The notes below the pieces were generated by a model. That model saw nothing but the letters and a program-made list of their open reading frames with translations. It ran no database searches and was not told the DNA's origin. 64,000 nt of DNA from Toensbergia leucococca (taxonomy: Eukaryota): positions 124,001 to 188,000 of the forward strand of contig JALDZS010000007.1 in assembly GCA_022813965.1 (NCBI GenBank). Reading direction: 5' to 3'. Positions 27,351-39,542 of the stretch are shown one piece after another. Positions within the stretch are counted from its first letter, which is position 1. Every line of letters starts with the position of its first letter. The position numbers and the translations under genes were made by a program.

Positions 27351-30225
27351 ATGCCATCCAACCATCAGTATAACGAAATCCCTCAGCCTAATAATCCAGC
27401 GCATCTCAGCCGAGGCTACGGTAAAGCTTCTCATATGAATCAATCGCAGGTAGAACCTGCTGTCACTGGAACGGCCGATCTCGTACAAGGTGCCCCTACA
27501 GATAATTCGCTATTGTTGCAATCAACAAGACAACCACAACAGACGCACTTGAATGAGGACATGGATTCCATGAGGCCAGACTCGTCGTTTGCGGAGGCTG
27601 GGAACCGAGTAGGCCCGCACCGATCCGAGTTGGCTACTCCTCAAAGTAATGCAATCACACCTTCTCGTGGTGGAACGCTGAAGAAGAAGCGATCGCTAAG
27701 CAAGAAAGCGAGCGTCAAAAGAAGCAGTAGCCGGCCGAGTAGTCGTGCTGGTAGTGTGAGAAGCTTCGCTATCGGAGAGCGTGAGCAGCATTCAGGTGGA
27801 GCCGAAGATGAGATGGAGAGTGCTTTCTTCACGCCAGTGCCAACAAGCGGAAACCCTACCGAGATACTTGCAAACAGATTCCAAGGTACGTTCTTGCAAG
27901 TCGTTATTGATTTTCTGATTATGATTACGCTCCCATATCATTTGAGAGCACATGCTGATGTAGTTGCATACAATTAGCTTGGCGGAAAGTACTCAAGGAT
28001 TTGATCACATATTTCCGAGACATCCAGAAATCTTACGAGAACCGATCCAAGTCACTCTTGTCAGTCTCTAACCTCATTAACAACACAAGCGCTCCCCCTA
28101 TGTTCCTGACCGAGGGCGGCATCAGTGATGCTACACATATTCTACGTGACTTTCATAAACAGGTATTGGCCGAGGGCAATAAAGCTAAAACCATTGAAGA
28201 CGACGTGATACTGCAGCTCACGGGGCTTCGAAGCGATCTACAGCAAAAAATCAAGGAGATCAAAGGTCTCTCGGGAGACTTCAAAAACTCCGTAGATAAG
28301 GAGACTGAAGGCACCAGAAGAGCTGTTCGGGGATATCAAGAGGCCTTGGGGCTCGTAGATACACAATCAAACGCGGCATCCGGAAGAGGTGACCCATTCA
28401 TCATCAAGCTCGGGGTCGACCGGCAACTAGAAAGGCAGATTGAAGAAGAGAACTATTTACACAGGGTGGGTACTTTCGCTTCTTTAAGATCATAGTGCTG
28501 AAATAAGTAATAGGCCTTTCTCAACCTCGAAAGCTCGGGTCGGGAGCTAGAATCTATCGTGATTGGCGAAATCCAGAAAGCGTACAGTGCGTATGCTGGT
28601 ATAATCAAGAGAGAGGCAGACGAGGCTTATGAGAGCGCCGAGAAACTCAAAAACGGACCGATTACTATGGCGAAAGACCATGAGTGGAATTCATTTGTGG
28701 AGAACAACGAACATTTTGTGGACCCGAGGTATCCTGTTCGCCACGTAGAAAATATCCATTATCCTGGCAAGGATGACCCAGCGGCATCCGAAGTCAAAGC
28801 TGGCATGCTCGAACGGAAGAGCAAGTATTTGAAAAGCTACACACCCGGCTGGTAAGACAGCCTGAGATACTTCCTGACTACTCAGAGCTGACTCATCCCA
28901 GGTATGTTCTATCGCCGACACACATACATGAGTTCAAATCTCCAGACCGTATCACTTCTCAAGTGCCGCTCATGTCATTGTATTTACCGGAGCAGAAACT
29001 TGGTTCTCATTCCAGCCCCGACTCGTCATCGCACAAATTCATGCTCAAGGGACGCCAGAGTGGAGGCATGCACCGAGGTCACGCCTGGGTATTTCGAGCC
29101 GAATCTCACGACACAATGCTAGCCTGGTACGAAGATATTAAGAATCTAACCGAGAAGACTGGAGCAGAGCGCAAAGCCTTCGTCCGACAGCATGCACGCA
29201 GTGTCAGCGGTGGTAGCCAGAAACCAGGGTCTATCAGCAGTGAGGGGGCACTGGACGAGGATGAAGCTGATGAAGTGCCTTATTCCGGGGCCGCTTCCCA
29301 GGTCGATCAAAAACAGCCTCAGGAAGAGAAGCTTGTGGAACGCCCGCATCCAGGTGGGCGTTTTCCGAGTGCCCTTAACGTGGACCGAGACTCACAAGTA
29401 CCGCTTTCGCCATCTAGTGGAACCAGTTCTGGTGATCGGGAAATTATAGCTGCGGGCGCAGCTCTTCCGGGGTCTGGAGCTCCCGTTGGGCAGCCAAAAG
29501 ATCATGTGCAGACAGCCGGCGACGAGGTTTACGCCAACCGTGATTCAGGACAGCCTCCTAGAACCACGCTGTACAGGGACGATCATAATCCTGCTGCTCA
29601 AGTACAGGAATTTAACAACCTGCCGACACAACACGGGCCATATCCAGTCATGTCTCATGGCTCAGAGTACAATACGCAACCCGTGCAATCCCAAGGCATC
29701 AGTTCCGATGCTCCTGGCACAGTATCGTACGGCGCGCCACCGTCTCAGCAGCAGCAGGCCCCAATACCCCTGCTTCAGCAACTCGACAGACCTCACAGCG
29801 CCTACGGCGACTGGATGGGTCCTGCCGCAGCCGGCGCAGTTGGAGCAGGCGTCGGTGTCGCAAGTGTAGAAGCCTATCGCCACAAGCAGCAGCAAAATCA
29901 GCCGCAAGACCCAGCACCACCTATTGGAGCTATAGGTACTAACGTCGAGAGGGCAGAGAGCACCACGAGTGCTAAAGAACCCCCTGCCAGTGAAGTCAGC
30001 CAAGGCGGAAGTCTAAGCACCGTTCCTACCTCTATCGGCAATATCACTGAAGAACCCTCACCAGTCAAAACTACCTCTGGTATTATTGGCTTTGGGCAAT
30101 CGGGTCATGAGACTCAGGCGAGGCCTCATTTTCAGAGCCATGCTAGTGTTGTCACTATCAGCGATTTGCATGTTCCGGGGGAGTATCCGAGGACGCCTGC
30201 TACTACTACTGGTGGTGGGATGTGA
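27351..30225 (+). CDS. Slm1/Slm2-like BAR/coiled-coil plus PH-domain protein
   Basis: PTEILANRFQ|AWRKVLKDLITYF, GRGDPFIIKL, GMLERKSKYLKSYTPGW|YVLSPTHIHEFK, HKFMLKGRQ..HAWVFRAESHDTMLAWYEDIK (PH signature); low-complexity tail. Confidence 0.85.
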
Positions 30226-31117
30226 AGGGAATGTTGCTGTTCTTTGTTTCCAATTCACCCCTCCCCCAAGTTGAGGTTTCTTTGGGTGTTTTTATTGCCG
30301 TTTGGGAGAGGGTTCGTCTATGAACACCCCCTTTTCTCACTACTGTCAGATGTACGTGTCAAGCGCGTTTGTTGTGCTTCTCCTTTTTGCTTCTCCTCAA
30401 GTCTTGCAGTCTTGCAAGTTTAATAGTTGGGAATTTGGACCATTGCGGTTCCTAGATGAATGAACTTCAATAGCACCCTTCTCTAGTAATCCCCCGTCTG
30501 AGCTTTCTCAAAAACGTGGTCGCTCACATTTTTCCCCCTCGCACCTGAAAAACTCACCGTCACCGCCCGCCGTTGAGAAGAGATGAAGGACATAATCAAC
30601 CCTAACCCCCTTTTATTTGAAAAAGAAGTAACCCGCCCCTTTTCGAACAAGATACAGAATGCAACGCTAATGTCAGGGATATTCCGCCATGGGGTTAATA
30701 TCTCTGGTATTTGGTATGGTGATGAGTGGAGAATCTGAGCTACGGGGGAAAATCCCACTATCTATGTGTGTGCGGGCCTAAGCGAGGCGCTAGGCTCGAT
30801 CTGTCAATGCATCACGGTGCCCATGTGTAGGATTCAGGATAATCCGTAACAGCTAAGAATATGAATTCCATGTCTCTCTTTATACTCATCATCTTGAAAC
30901 CTCAAAAACCTAAAAAGAGAAGGAAAAAAGTTGAAAGGAATGAGCTATTATTTTTATTTTTAAGAGATAAGAGACGGAGGAAAGACTATTGCAATACTCT
31001 AAGAAAGGAAGGGGTTCTTGTAAATAGTGAGGGAAAGAGAGTGCGGTTGATTATTTGAATATGGGTATTCACTACCCCCTTTTTTTTGGTGTGTACAGCC
31101 CCTCCTTTCAAGCTAAG

Positions 31118-31147
31118 AAATTAAATAAATTAAATAAATTAAATAAA
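31118..31147. repeat. Short tandem repeat (AAATTAAAT)x3
   Basis: aaattaaataaattaaataaattaaataaa read directly from the sequence. Confidence 0.8.
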
Positions 31148-32329
31148 AAATAGAAACCAGAAAACAGAGACTATATAAAAACCTATAGCAGTACGGTCAT
31201 TTTATCACTCTCTCTTTTTTTAATGTGTCTAAACCCCTCTTAAGAAATGATGAGATAATTGTTAGCAAGGAATTAACAGTGATTTTGAGTGAGAGGGGTA
31301 TTGAGATAAACGCAGATGTAATATGAGCCTTTATATCAAAAGTATACAATAAGAAGTCATGCATGAATGAAGAGAAACATAAATCTTACTAATAAGCCTG
31401 ACCTTTTACACTGATACTCTAAATTGCGTTCAACTGAATATTAAACATAGCTGATCCTTTCTGATTCAGGTTCAATGATCAGCTTATGCCATTCTTACTT
31501 ATTAATCACAAATATCTGAAAGAATAGATATGACAACCCTTTCTTTCTCTGATAAGAATCTCTCTGAGCTGTCACCGCCTCAATAACTCAGAACTAACTC
31601 TCTTTTATATTAACACAAGATATTCTTATCAAAGTCTCAATATTGATCTGTATTCATAACTTAGTACAGCATATGATCTCTATTGTGATCTCAATAGCAA
31701 TGTTCTTGATCAGTTTTTATCATTGTATTAATACTTTAAAATGTTAGTATCTTTTCATCTCTATAAGGAAGCTATCAGGTGATATCTTCTCTACAGTTCT
31801 TAATGAGTAGATTTTCTAAGATTTTCTGTTTTTTAGATTTAATCTGACAGACAATATACATTTATCAACGGCTCTCTGTCACAGTAAAGAGAAATAAAGA
31901 GTCTTTTTATGAATAGGTGTCAGTGCAATACCTTTACTCTCTACAGTTTATACATTAGACTGTTGTCACTGAAAGAGGGCTGAAAAGATGATTGAGTGCA
32001 AAGAAGAGATAATCTCTGTAATTATCTATTAATCTGTTAAGCCTATATAATCTAACAATTCTTCAACTGATAATAGAAAAGCAGGTCTAATAACTGAAAA
32101 GAATTGATAAGGTAATTCTTCTTAGAGAAACCTGTCAATTATTTATAGCTATAAGTGAGTGTATTCCTTTCACTGTTATACCTGCAGTCATGTCAGAGTA
32201 GATAATGTGATGTGTTTAATTGACTCACTAAGAGATTACCTTATAAATTAGTAAGAATTAGCAGAAAACACATATAAATAAGAGACCTTATTTCTATACA
32301 TACTTATTATTCTTAACTATCTACTTATT

Positions 32330-34539
32330 CTAAATAATAAACCTAGCCTCATAATGAAAAGATCAGCAGTTCTTATTCTCTTTGTATCTATAGAAGGCTA
32401 GTCTTTTACATAAACTTAATAAACACTCTCAGCTTAAATGTATAAAAAATTGATGTTAAGGCTTTTTGATAGAATGACCCTCTTTTATCACCTCCCTTTT
32501 TACCCTCATATTTTTATCTACCTTTACAAAGGGAGCCCTTCTTTTTCTAGATATAGATAATAATGATAAACATGATGTCTTGTCACTTTTGCATATAGTA
32601 TAGTAGTCTTTAATAAATCAGTCTATTTACTGATGCTTTAGTGATCTGATATTTAATAGTGATAGAAGAATATTCCCCTCCTCATGAGAATGTTTCTTAA
32701 AGAATTTACTAGATATGAAATAAGTGAGTTTTATAGTCACAGTATGTAAGAAGTCTTAGTGTGTAACTAAGTCATTTAAATGATCAATGTTGTAGAGAAT
32801 TAAATCATTCAGAATAAAAGTCTTCAGCACATAAGTAAAGAGAGATCATCATTACTTACAACTCTGATGAAAAGATGTGTAATAAAATCTCATCTGATCA
32901 TTACAGTTCACCCCCCTCATATGAATATTGTAGTCCTTGTATGACTGTAAAATTGAGAGGTACAGAGCTTCTTTTCTAGCTGTGAGAACACTTAATCTTT
33001 TGATGGTATTTAGATAAAATTTCTTATCAAAATCCTCTAATATATAAACTATTATCTAAAACATGACAGTGTTATTATCTTGTCATGCAGTGCAAAGAAT
33101 CTTATTATTCTTCTCCTTATTCTCAGTGTGATTCAATTCCTCAAAAGAAGAAGGGTTAATTTTCTCAAGAACCTTAACTCTAAAAGGGGCGTTTTCCTTT
33201 CCCTTAGAAGGCCTTCCTCTCAGTCACTTTACCTCAGAAGGGTTTTTCTCAGAAGAGTTAATTTTCTCAGAAACCTTGACCTTAGAAGGGGTGTTTCCCT
33301 TCTCTTTAGAAGGCCTTTCCCTCAGTTACTTTACCTCAAAGAGAGATTAAATGAGTGAGTGATAATAAAGAGTTATAATAAGAGAGGCCTTCTTTGTTAT
33401 AATAAAGTTATTCTTATTCTTCTTCTCCTTTAAAACTTTATCAGTAGTATACATGATGTTCTCTTAATTAGTTAACTTCTTTTATGTCAGCTTTAATTCT
33501 AGAAGTTCTAAAGGTATTCTAAATCCTAATTTTACTGTATTACATGTGACAATTTCTTGAGACTTTAGGGCCTTAAGAAGCTTTGTGAAGGTGAAGAAGT
33601 TATCAATGTAAATCACATACTCATTCTAAGACAAGGCTTTTATGATGTTTATAATGATGACCTGTGTGAGAGAAAGATCTAATAAGGGTTAGAAAGAAAG
33701 GGTTAGAATTGCTTAAGATTTCACCTACCTAAGTAGTCTTCTGATTCAATAATCCCTGACTTTTTGAATACAATTCAGAAGTCACAAATGTAACTATCAC
33801 TGAAGGTCACATAGATCTTGAACCCTTGATGAGCTCACTTGCTAGAAATTGTCATGATATGTCTAAAACAGAACTTACAAAGAAGCAATTGTTCATTAAA
33901 TGAGATGTCTCATCCTGATATAACATTCTAAACACAGGCCTTCTAAAAATGAGATCAGATAAGCTTTAGTTTATTCATAAATCTAGAGACTGCTTTGCCT
34001 TCTGTACTTGAATTAGATACCTTGAAAAACTTTCAGATTTGCTGTCATTAATACAAAGACATGAGCTTAAAGATCTTATGAAATATTAGGCTATATTGAG
34101 CCTTTATTCAGTAATTCTCTATTTGAGAAAGTCTGACAAGCCTTATTTGCAGATAGATACTGATAAAGACACAGATTTCTGAGGCCTTGACCTGTTTTTA
34201 TTGCTACCGGTGATTTTTGTTCTTTCTTAATGAGCTCATTAAATTCTGATAGTAATTAGAAGCTTGTCTGCTGATATGCCTCACAAGCAATGAATAGATT
34301 CACTTAGAAAGAAAGATCAGAAAGTAGTTCATCAGTTGTAAAGGGCCTCAATCCTCTTGATCCTGAATCATAGTCTGAATGGCTCACGGAGCAAATTGTA
34401 GAGGGGAATATCTGATATCTGAGGGTGAAATATTAGCCTTTATCTTCTCAGCAGATCGCTTCCTCTTCTTAGTTAGAAGTTCCTTAGAAAGGACATGAGA
34501 TACCCCTTCCTCTTGACGTTTAGTCTCATTGACTCACAT
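32330..34539 (-). pseudogene. piggyBac (DDE_Tnp_1_7/PGBD-like) transposase pseudogene; 720 codons, one 50-nt intron (33679-33728), many premature stops, no frameshift
   Basis: Manual translation gives EICVFISIYLQIRLVRLSQIENY*, MSLY**QQI*KFFKVSN, DISFNEQ..QGFKIYV, VIYIDNFFTFTKLLKALKSQEIVTCNTVK, ILCTA*QDNNTV, DYNIHMRGVNCNDQMR, K***SLFTY and a decayed Cys/His-rich tail. These match the piggyBac D(E), DNxF, WxD and YNxxMGGVDxxDQ motifs once C>T/G>A changes are reversed. Confidence 0.9.
33150..33340 (-). repeat. 102-bp imperfect tandem duplication inside the transposase, encoding AT-hook-like units
   Basis: EVK*LRERPSKEKGNTPSKVKVSEKINSS and EVK*LRGRPSKGKENAPFRVKVLEKINPS; the units are offset by exactly 102 nt (33337 vs 33235). 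Confidence 0.85.
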
Positions 34540-35509
34540 CTTAATGAAATGAGGGGTGAGAATGAGAGGTGATAGGTTATTGCGACTGAGGGGAAAATAT
34601 TTGTTTGTTGACAAAAAGAAATTAAGGTATGATGCTGATGGTTTGATTGGTTGCCCTACTCGGGCACTAACTACTACGGTGGCACTAATAGATGGCTGCA
34701 CGTATAACACTTGAAGGGATACTCTAAATTGAGTCAAAAAATGGTTCCAAATTTTATTATTTTTTTCTCATTATCATAGGTGCGAGGTTTAGGAAGGAAA
34801 AGCTCTGAATTATTCATACAAGCCCAAGTTTCCCCTTCCAGTCATTCAAATACCCTTCATTGTCCCCGCCCTGCTCCGTGCTTCACAATAAAGAGACACG
34901 AAAAGCCCCACCCCCCTCCCCCACTCCATGATCCCACAAGTGTGCCGCCCTAGATAGTACAGCGAGTTCTTGCCACAAAAAGTAGCAGAAGGAATCTATC
35001 CCGCCATCACTAGTAGAAGATTGACAGAAAGTAGGAGAAAACCAAAAGGGTACACAATATGCCAAAACGACTCCCCAAATCCGACCACAAATCAAAGCGA
35101 AGCCATCCAACTTGTGAAGGAGGAGCGATTAGGATTACTATTGCGAGGCGGAAAACCCGGAAAACCTCACCATACAGCTCAAGCTCCGATCAATAACCTA
35201 ATCGATGTCGATATTTGCCCCCGAGTCCGTTATGTGCCCTCCCATCCCTCCTGATAATATTCCCATTCCGGACCCAAACGCGCTTCGAGAATGCCACGAT
35301 GGGGACTCAAGTGCGGCATCCGACGCCTAAAACTCCCCACGTCGTAGCTAGTATGAAACAAAAGGGGACAAGCAAACATGGTATAACGCTACTGCCGGAA
35401 GGGTATCCAACGATTCAAGTAAGTAATCAAGTATGCGAAAAATGGCCGCCTGCGAAAATGTTGGTCGAGTGCGATTCGCTTTCTCCGTGGTAGTGAAAAT
35501 TCGATTGAT

Positions 35510-38027
35510 CTACCATCCCTTTTTTCTTGCGAAGCGTTTGTTTAGCAATGCAAGGACCTTAGGTACGTTGAACTGAACGTATTCTAGATCAAGGTCCTCT
35601 TGATTGTCCTTTTGCATCTCAAGCAGATCGTCGAGCTTGAGATCTAGTTCGAGTAGACCTCTGTTGCGACCTAGTGGATGGACATGGATTAGTACCGACT
35701 TCCTCTAAGTCATGCACTGTGACGACTTACCCTTGTAGTGGAGACTGATGACAAAGGTCCCTGGCAAGGGACTCGTGAAATTGAAGAAGATGTTTGCCCG
35801 CCTGTTGTCGGGTACATTACTCTTTTGAATAACACCCTCCTTCTCCAATTGCTGGTGCGTAAACTTGTACGGCCCAAGCACCTGCTGCTTCTGCTGTTTC
35901 CTGGACTTGCCCTCGGACTGACTGCGCACGTTGTGCAGATACGACTTATAGGTTTCGAGTTGCCCAACTAAGTACGTGTTGTGATCGCGAATGGTGCGGA
36001 AGACTTCTTCAAGTTTCTTGGTCTCTTCGATAACCTTTTCTTTCAGCGATCCCAAATGCACCAGCTCCTGCTCAACCTCATCACGGAGGAGACCAAATGA
36101 ATCAGACCTGTCAATGACTCCTAATTCCTGCAACTGACTCAAGAGCTCCATGCTTCTGATGCCCTTCCGGACCATGACCCCATCGTTCTTCAGTGTCGCG
36201 GCCGCCTTCGCGACCTCATCCAATCGCAACGGTCTCCTTGCCACAGAAGAATTCTGGGGAAGCGATCTCATGATCTGTACGAAAGTGGACTTTGCTTCCA
36301 TAAAGTAAACTTCTTCTTGCGTAATGTCTAGAGCTGCAGTCAAGTCATCGATCGCAGTCTCCCACTTACTGAATAAGGGTAAATTGATTGTTCTGTTCTC
36401 CTTTCGAGGTAGTTGCGTGGGTGCAGGGCCAAGTTCTTGCAGTAGCACACCGAGGTGAGAGTTCTCGTCCTTGGCTAGTTCTGCATGATGTTTTTCGAGC
36501 ATTGTGTGCGTAGCGTAAACTTCGTTCAAGGTTATTGACAATTCAAGATCTTTCTTGGACAGCGCAACATAATTATCCATCTCTAGGCTTTCATAGAAAT
36601 CCTGTACTTCACACAAGTCCAGCATAAACTTGTTGACACGCTCTTTATTCTGATGAATAAAAGGCTGAAGCTTGGCCATATAAGGCTCCTTCGCATAAGT
36701 CGGTTTATTGGCAAGATTTTGCAGCATCTTGGCAATGAGCGTCAAGGTCCTCCGTGGATGATCCGCAGGGGTTGCGTCAATTAGCATGTATGATCTAGGT
36801 GTAACGATAGCAGGGTTGATAAATCTCAAGAAGAAGAAGCCTCCTATGAGAGTGCAAATTGTTTGGTCTTGAGCATCTGGATACTTTCGTTTCGATAGAC
36901 TGCGAATCTGCTTGCAGATCCACCGGATCCCATAAGGAGTCTCATCCAGCCCATTGATGATAGTCTCCAAGAACGAAGTCGCAATTTCCATCAGCATCGT
37001 CAATCTTGGTGCGATGATTCCTTGCACCTGAACATTTTCTGCTGCTTGCTCTGCCGTTACGCCCTTGGGTAGGTACTCCGGCGCAGTACCAGTCTCCTCT
37101 TCAATCTGGGCAACCAAACGCTCATACACCTTTAATGGGTTGATCTCGAGGTCTACGTCCTGAAGCTCAATCAACGAATTGATCTTGTCTTGCAAAACTA
37201 CTTTCAAGTAGCTTTGGCCAGGCCCACGTCTTGTGTATGTGGTCATCATGCGGGAAACAGGTGTATTAGCGCGAAGTAGAGACGAATATTCAGGGGTGTT
37301 GTCGAATTGGTACGTCAAAACGGATTGGAACATGGTCAGTAGAAGGTGCTCTTCACGAGACTCGTACTGATTTCCATATATGGTGAACATGACTGTCTGT
37401 AGAAGGGAATCGATTTCTGCCATGGTGACTAGTCGGCAGAGATGAGCAATGTGTCGAGGCTCGGACTGGAGGAGAAAAAGAAGATTGCCGTATTTCTGAG
37501 TTTTATCATCGTTGGGGAAGAACCCTTCTTGTAGATCTGCAGCATCCTCGAGGTGGTTTGCAACTTCGTTTTGCTTTTGACATTGAATCAGCACCAGGAG
37601 AGTGAATTATGAAGGGTTTGGGGATGTACCTCTTCCAATGCCATGCGATTTTGAATCAAGAGAGCTATTCTCGAATCAAGGTATCGGACATCCTTTTCGA
37701 GAACGAAATTCTTCTTTGATTGACTGGATATCTTGGTTTTATAATCTCGCAAAATCTTCTGGGCTGTTGAAATTTTGAAGTATTAGCGTATGCTTTGTTC
37801 AGATCTACCCCGAATAATGTACCTCTGGCCAAGTCATCCTCAATTTCCAGATCTTTTTCTTTGGCTGACATCGAGAGGTATAACGCTGTGACTGAAAATC
37901 TCTTGGATTGGCGAGCCGAGCGGCCCTCTTGAGACGACATGGTGTTCTGGCGTGATACGGGGATAAACGAGGATGACGAAGAGGTTGAAGCCCTCGAAGC
38001 GGGCGGTAGCATTGTCACTACTGACAT
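35510..38027 (-). CDS. Ras GTPase-activating protein (S. pombe Gap1/Sar1-type, RasGAP plus RasGAP_C)
   Basis: [92 protein letters not shown]; last exon [28 protein letters not shown]. Confidence 0.93.
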
Positions 38028-39542
38028 GATTGTGTAACAGAATAACATCCAAGGTTGTGGGGTATCGGAAGCGATGCGACCAAGCGTGGCGTGGTAGGTG
38101 TGGTCACTGCTTGACTTCTTCGAGGTCGTCTTGAAGCCTGATTCGGTAGCTAAGCAAAGACTGGGATCGCATGGAGTAGCAATTTTTCGATAGTGGGATC
38201 AAAGCGATTCTCAGCTATGTTGGTTGGCCTCTGAGCAATATGGACCGGGCCAGCCGGGGCAATTGCTCTTGGTAAATGATGCTCCGCCTAGGGTGGGAGA
38301 GGTGGCCTTCGAGTCGCGACACTCTCTTGCCGAGAGTTCTCTAGTATGGAGGAATTGAACTGTTGTGGTGGATTATGTGTCGGACGAAATCATAGTGCAC
38401 CCAGAACGGCGAGCGAAAAAAGGTGGGGTGGAGGGAATATGACGGAGGCGGAGTCAATGAGGAGCTTCAATGATTGCGATTTCGGCAAGGCCAAGGAACG
38501 ACAGCAAACAGATCTCGAGAAGATATCAAGGGATGACGGGAGTCGCGGAGGGGGGCGGAGGTTGATGACGAGATGAAGAGGTGAAGAGAGAGGAGGGATA
38601 GTTCTAAGGGAAAAAGACGCAAGGGCATGGGAGGAATTACAGGGGAGCAGAGCAGGGGGGCTTGCGTAAAGTAGCTTAGGTACGGAGTTAATTTAACTGT
38701 AGAACTAAGCTCTAATCACCCCCCTTGTTCCCGGCAGTCGAGGCACCAGAGGTGGAGTAGTGAGGTACCGTAGAATATAGGGAGTTTACCTTAGCTATGG
38801 ACATACGATTATGCTGTTCTACTCATATTCTATCCTTCCCATTCTATATCTCAATATCAATCCACATTGATCATTTGGGGACCGAGTGCCACAACTAGCA
38901 TCGTCGTGCTACCTTGCCTAGGCACTCGGCATGTCTCCAGTTTCCCAATCTCCCAATGCAAGTGCGTCGGCACCATCGGCACATCTCGTCGATCCTCCGC
39001 CACCATGACTCTCTTCAGTCATCTTCAACAAGTAGACGCTGCATTGGCTACCACCCCACCAAGCATGCAGAGTACGGGCACACAGATACCTGTGTCATTT
39101 AAACGAGGCTTGATTTTCTCGAGGAATGTCAAAGTAGTTTCAGGTACGCGAGCGCTTGCTTAGCCTATTTGTCCTATCTATCTGTAGGTAGGTATGGAGG
39201 TATGGAGGTATGCACCTCTCCACTCTCTACTCTCCTCAGCCCCGAGAGCCCCTGTCTGCCGTCACTCGAATCGTCCACAAGACCGCCACAATTGCTACCT
39301 CAATCCTTACTCGGAGATCTCATGTTGCACCGAAACGGATTTGTGGGGACACAGTTTCATCATTTACAATCCATCTTGAATCGTATCATTGGCCCGTGAT
39401 AGGACACAATGCTTCTCTAAGATTAGACCGAGCACCCGTGCACATCAGCCAGCTTTTCCACGCATGCAAGGTCTCAGCGCACCCAGCTGTTGTTAATTTC
39501 GACCTCTTCGAAGCTCTGGACCGTACCTTTGTGTGTCAGTAA

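Larger units (their letters stand above)
31426..34718 (-). mobile_element. Degenerate piggyBac-family DNA transposon, about 3.3 kb
   Basis: AT-rich, CpG-depleted block containing a decayed piggyBac transposase. Ends GCGTTCAACTG and CACTTGAAGGG form an imperfect inverted repeat. Flanked by the direct repeat (G)ATACTCTAAATT(G) at 31413-31426 and 34718-34731. Confidence 0.8.

Noticed and set aside
33080..33358. 92-aa plus-strand ORF with an internal repeat
   Set aside because: It is the antisense of the AT-hook duplication in the transposase pseudogene.
31400..34740. LTR or LINE retroelement interpretation of the AT-rich block, suggested by the long direct repeat
   Set aside because: No RT, integrase or gag motifs, LTRs or poly(A) tail; the coding remnant is a piggyBac-type transposase with an intron.
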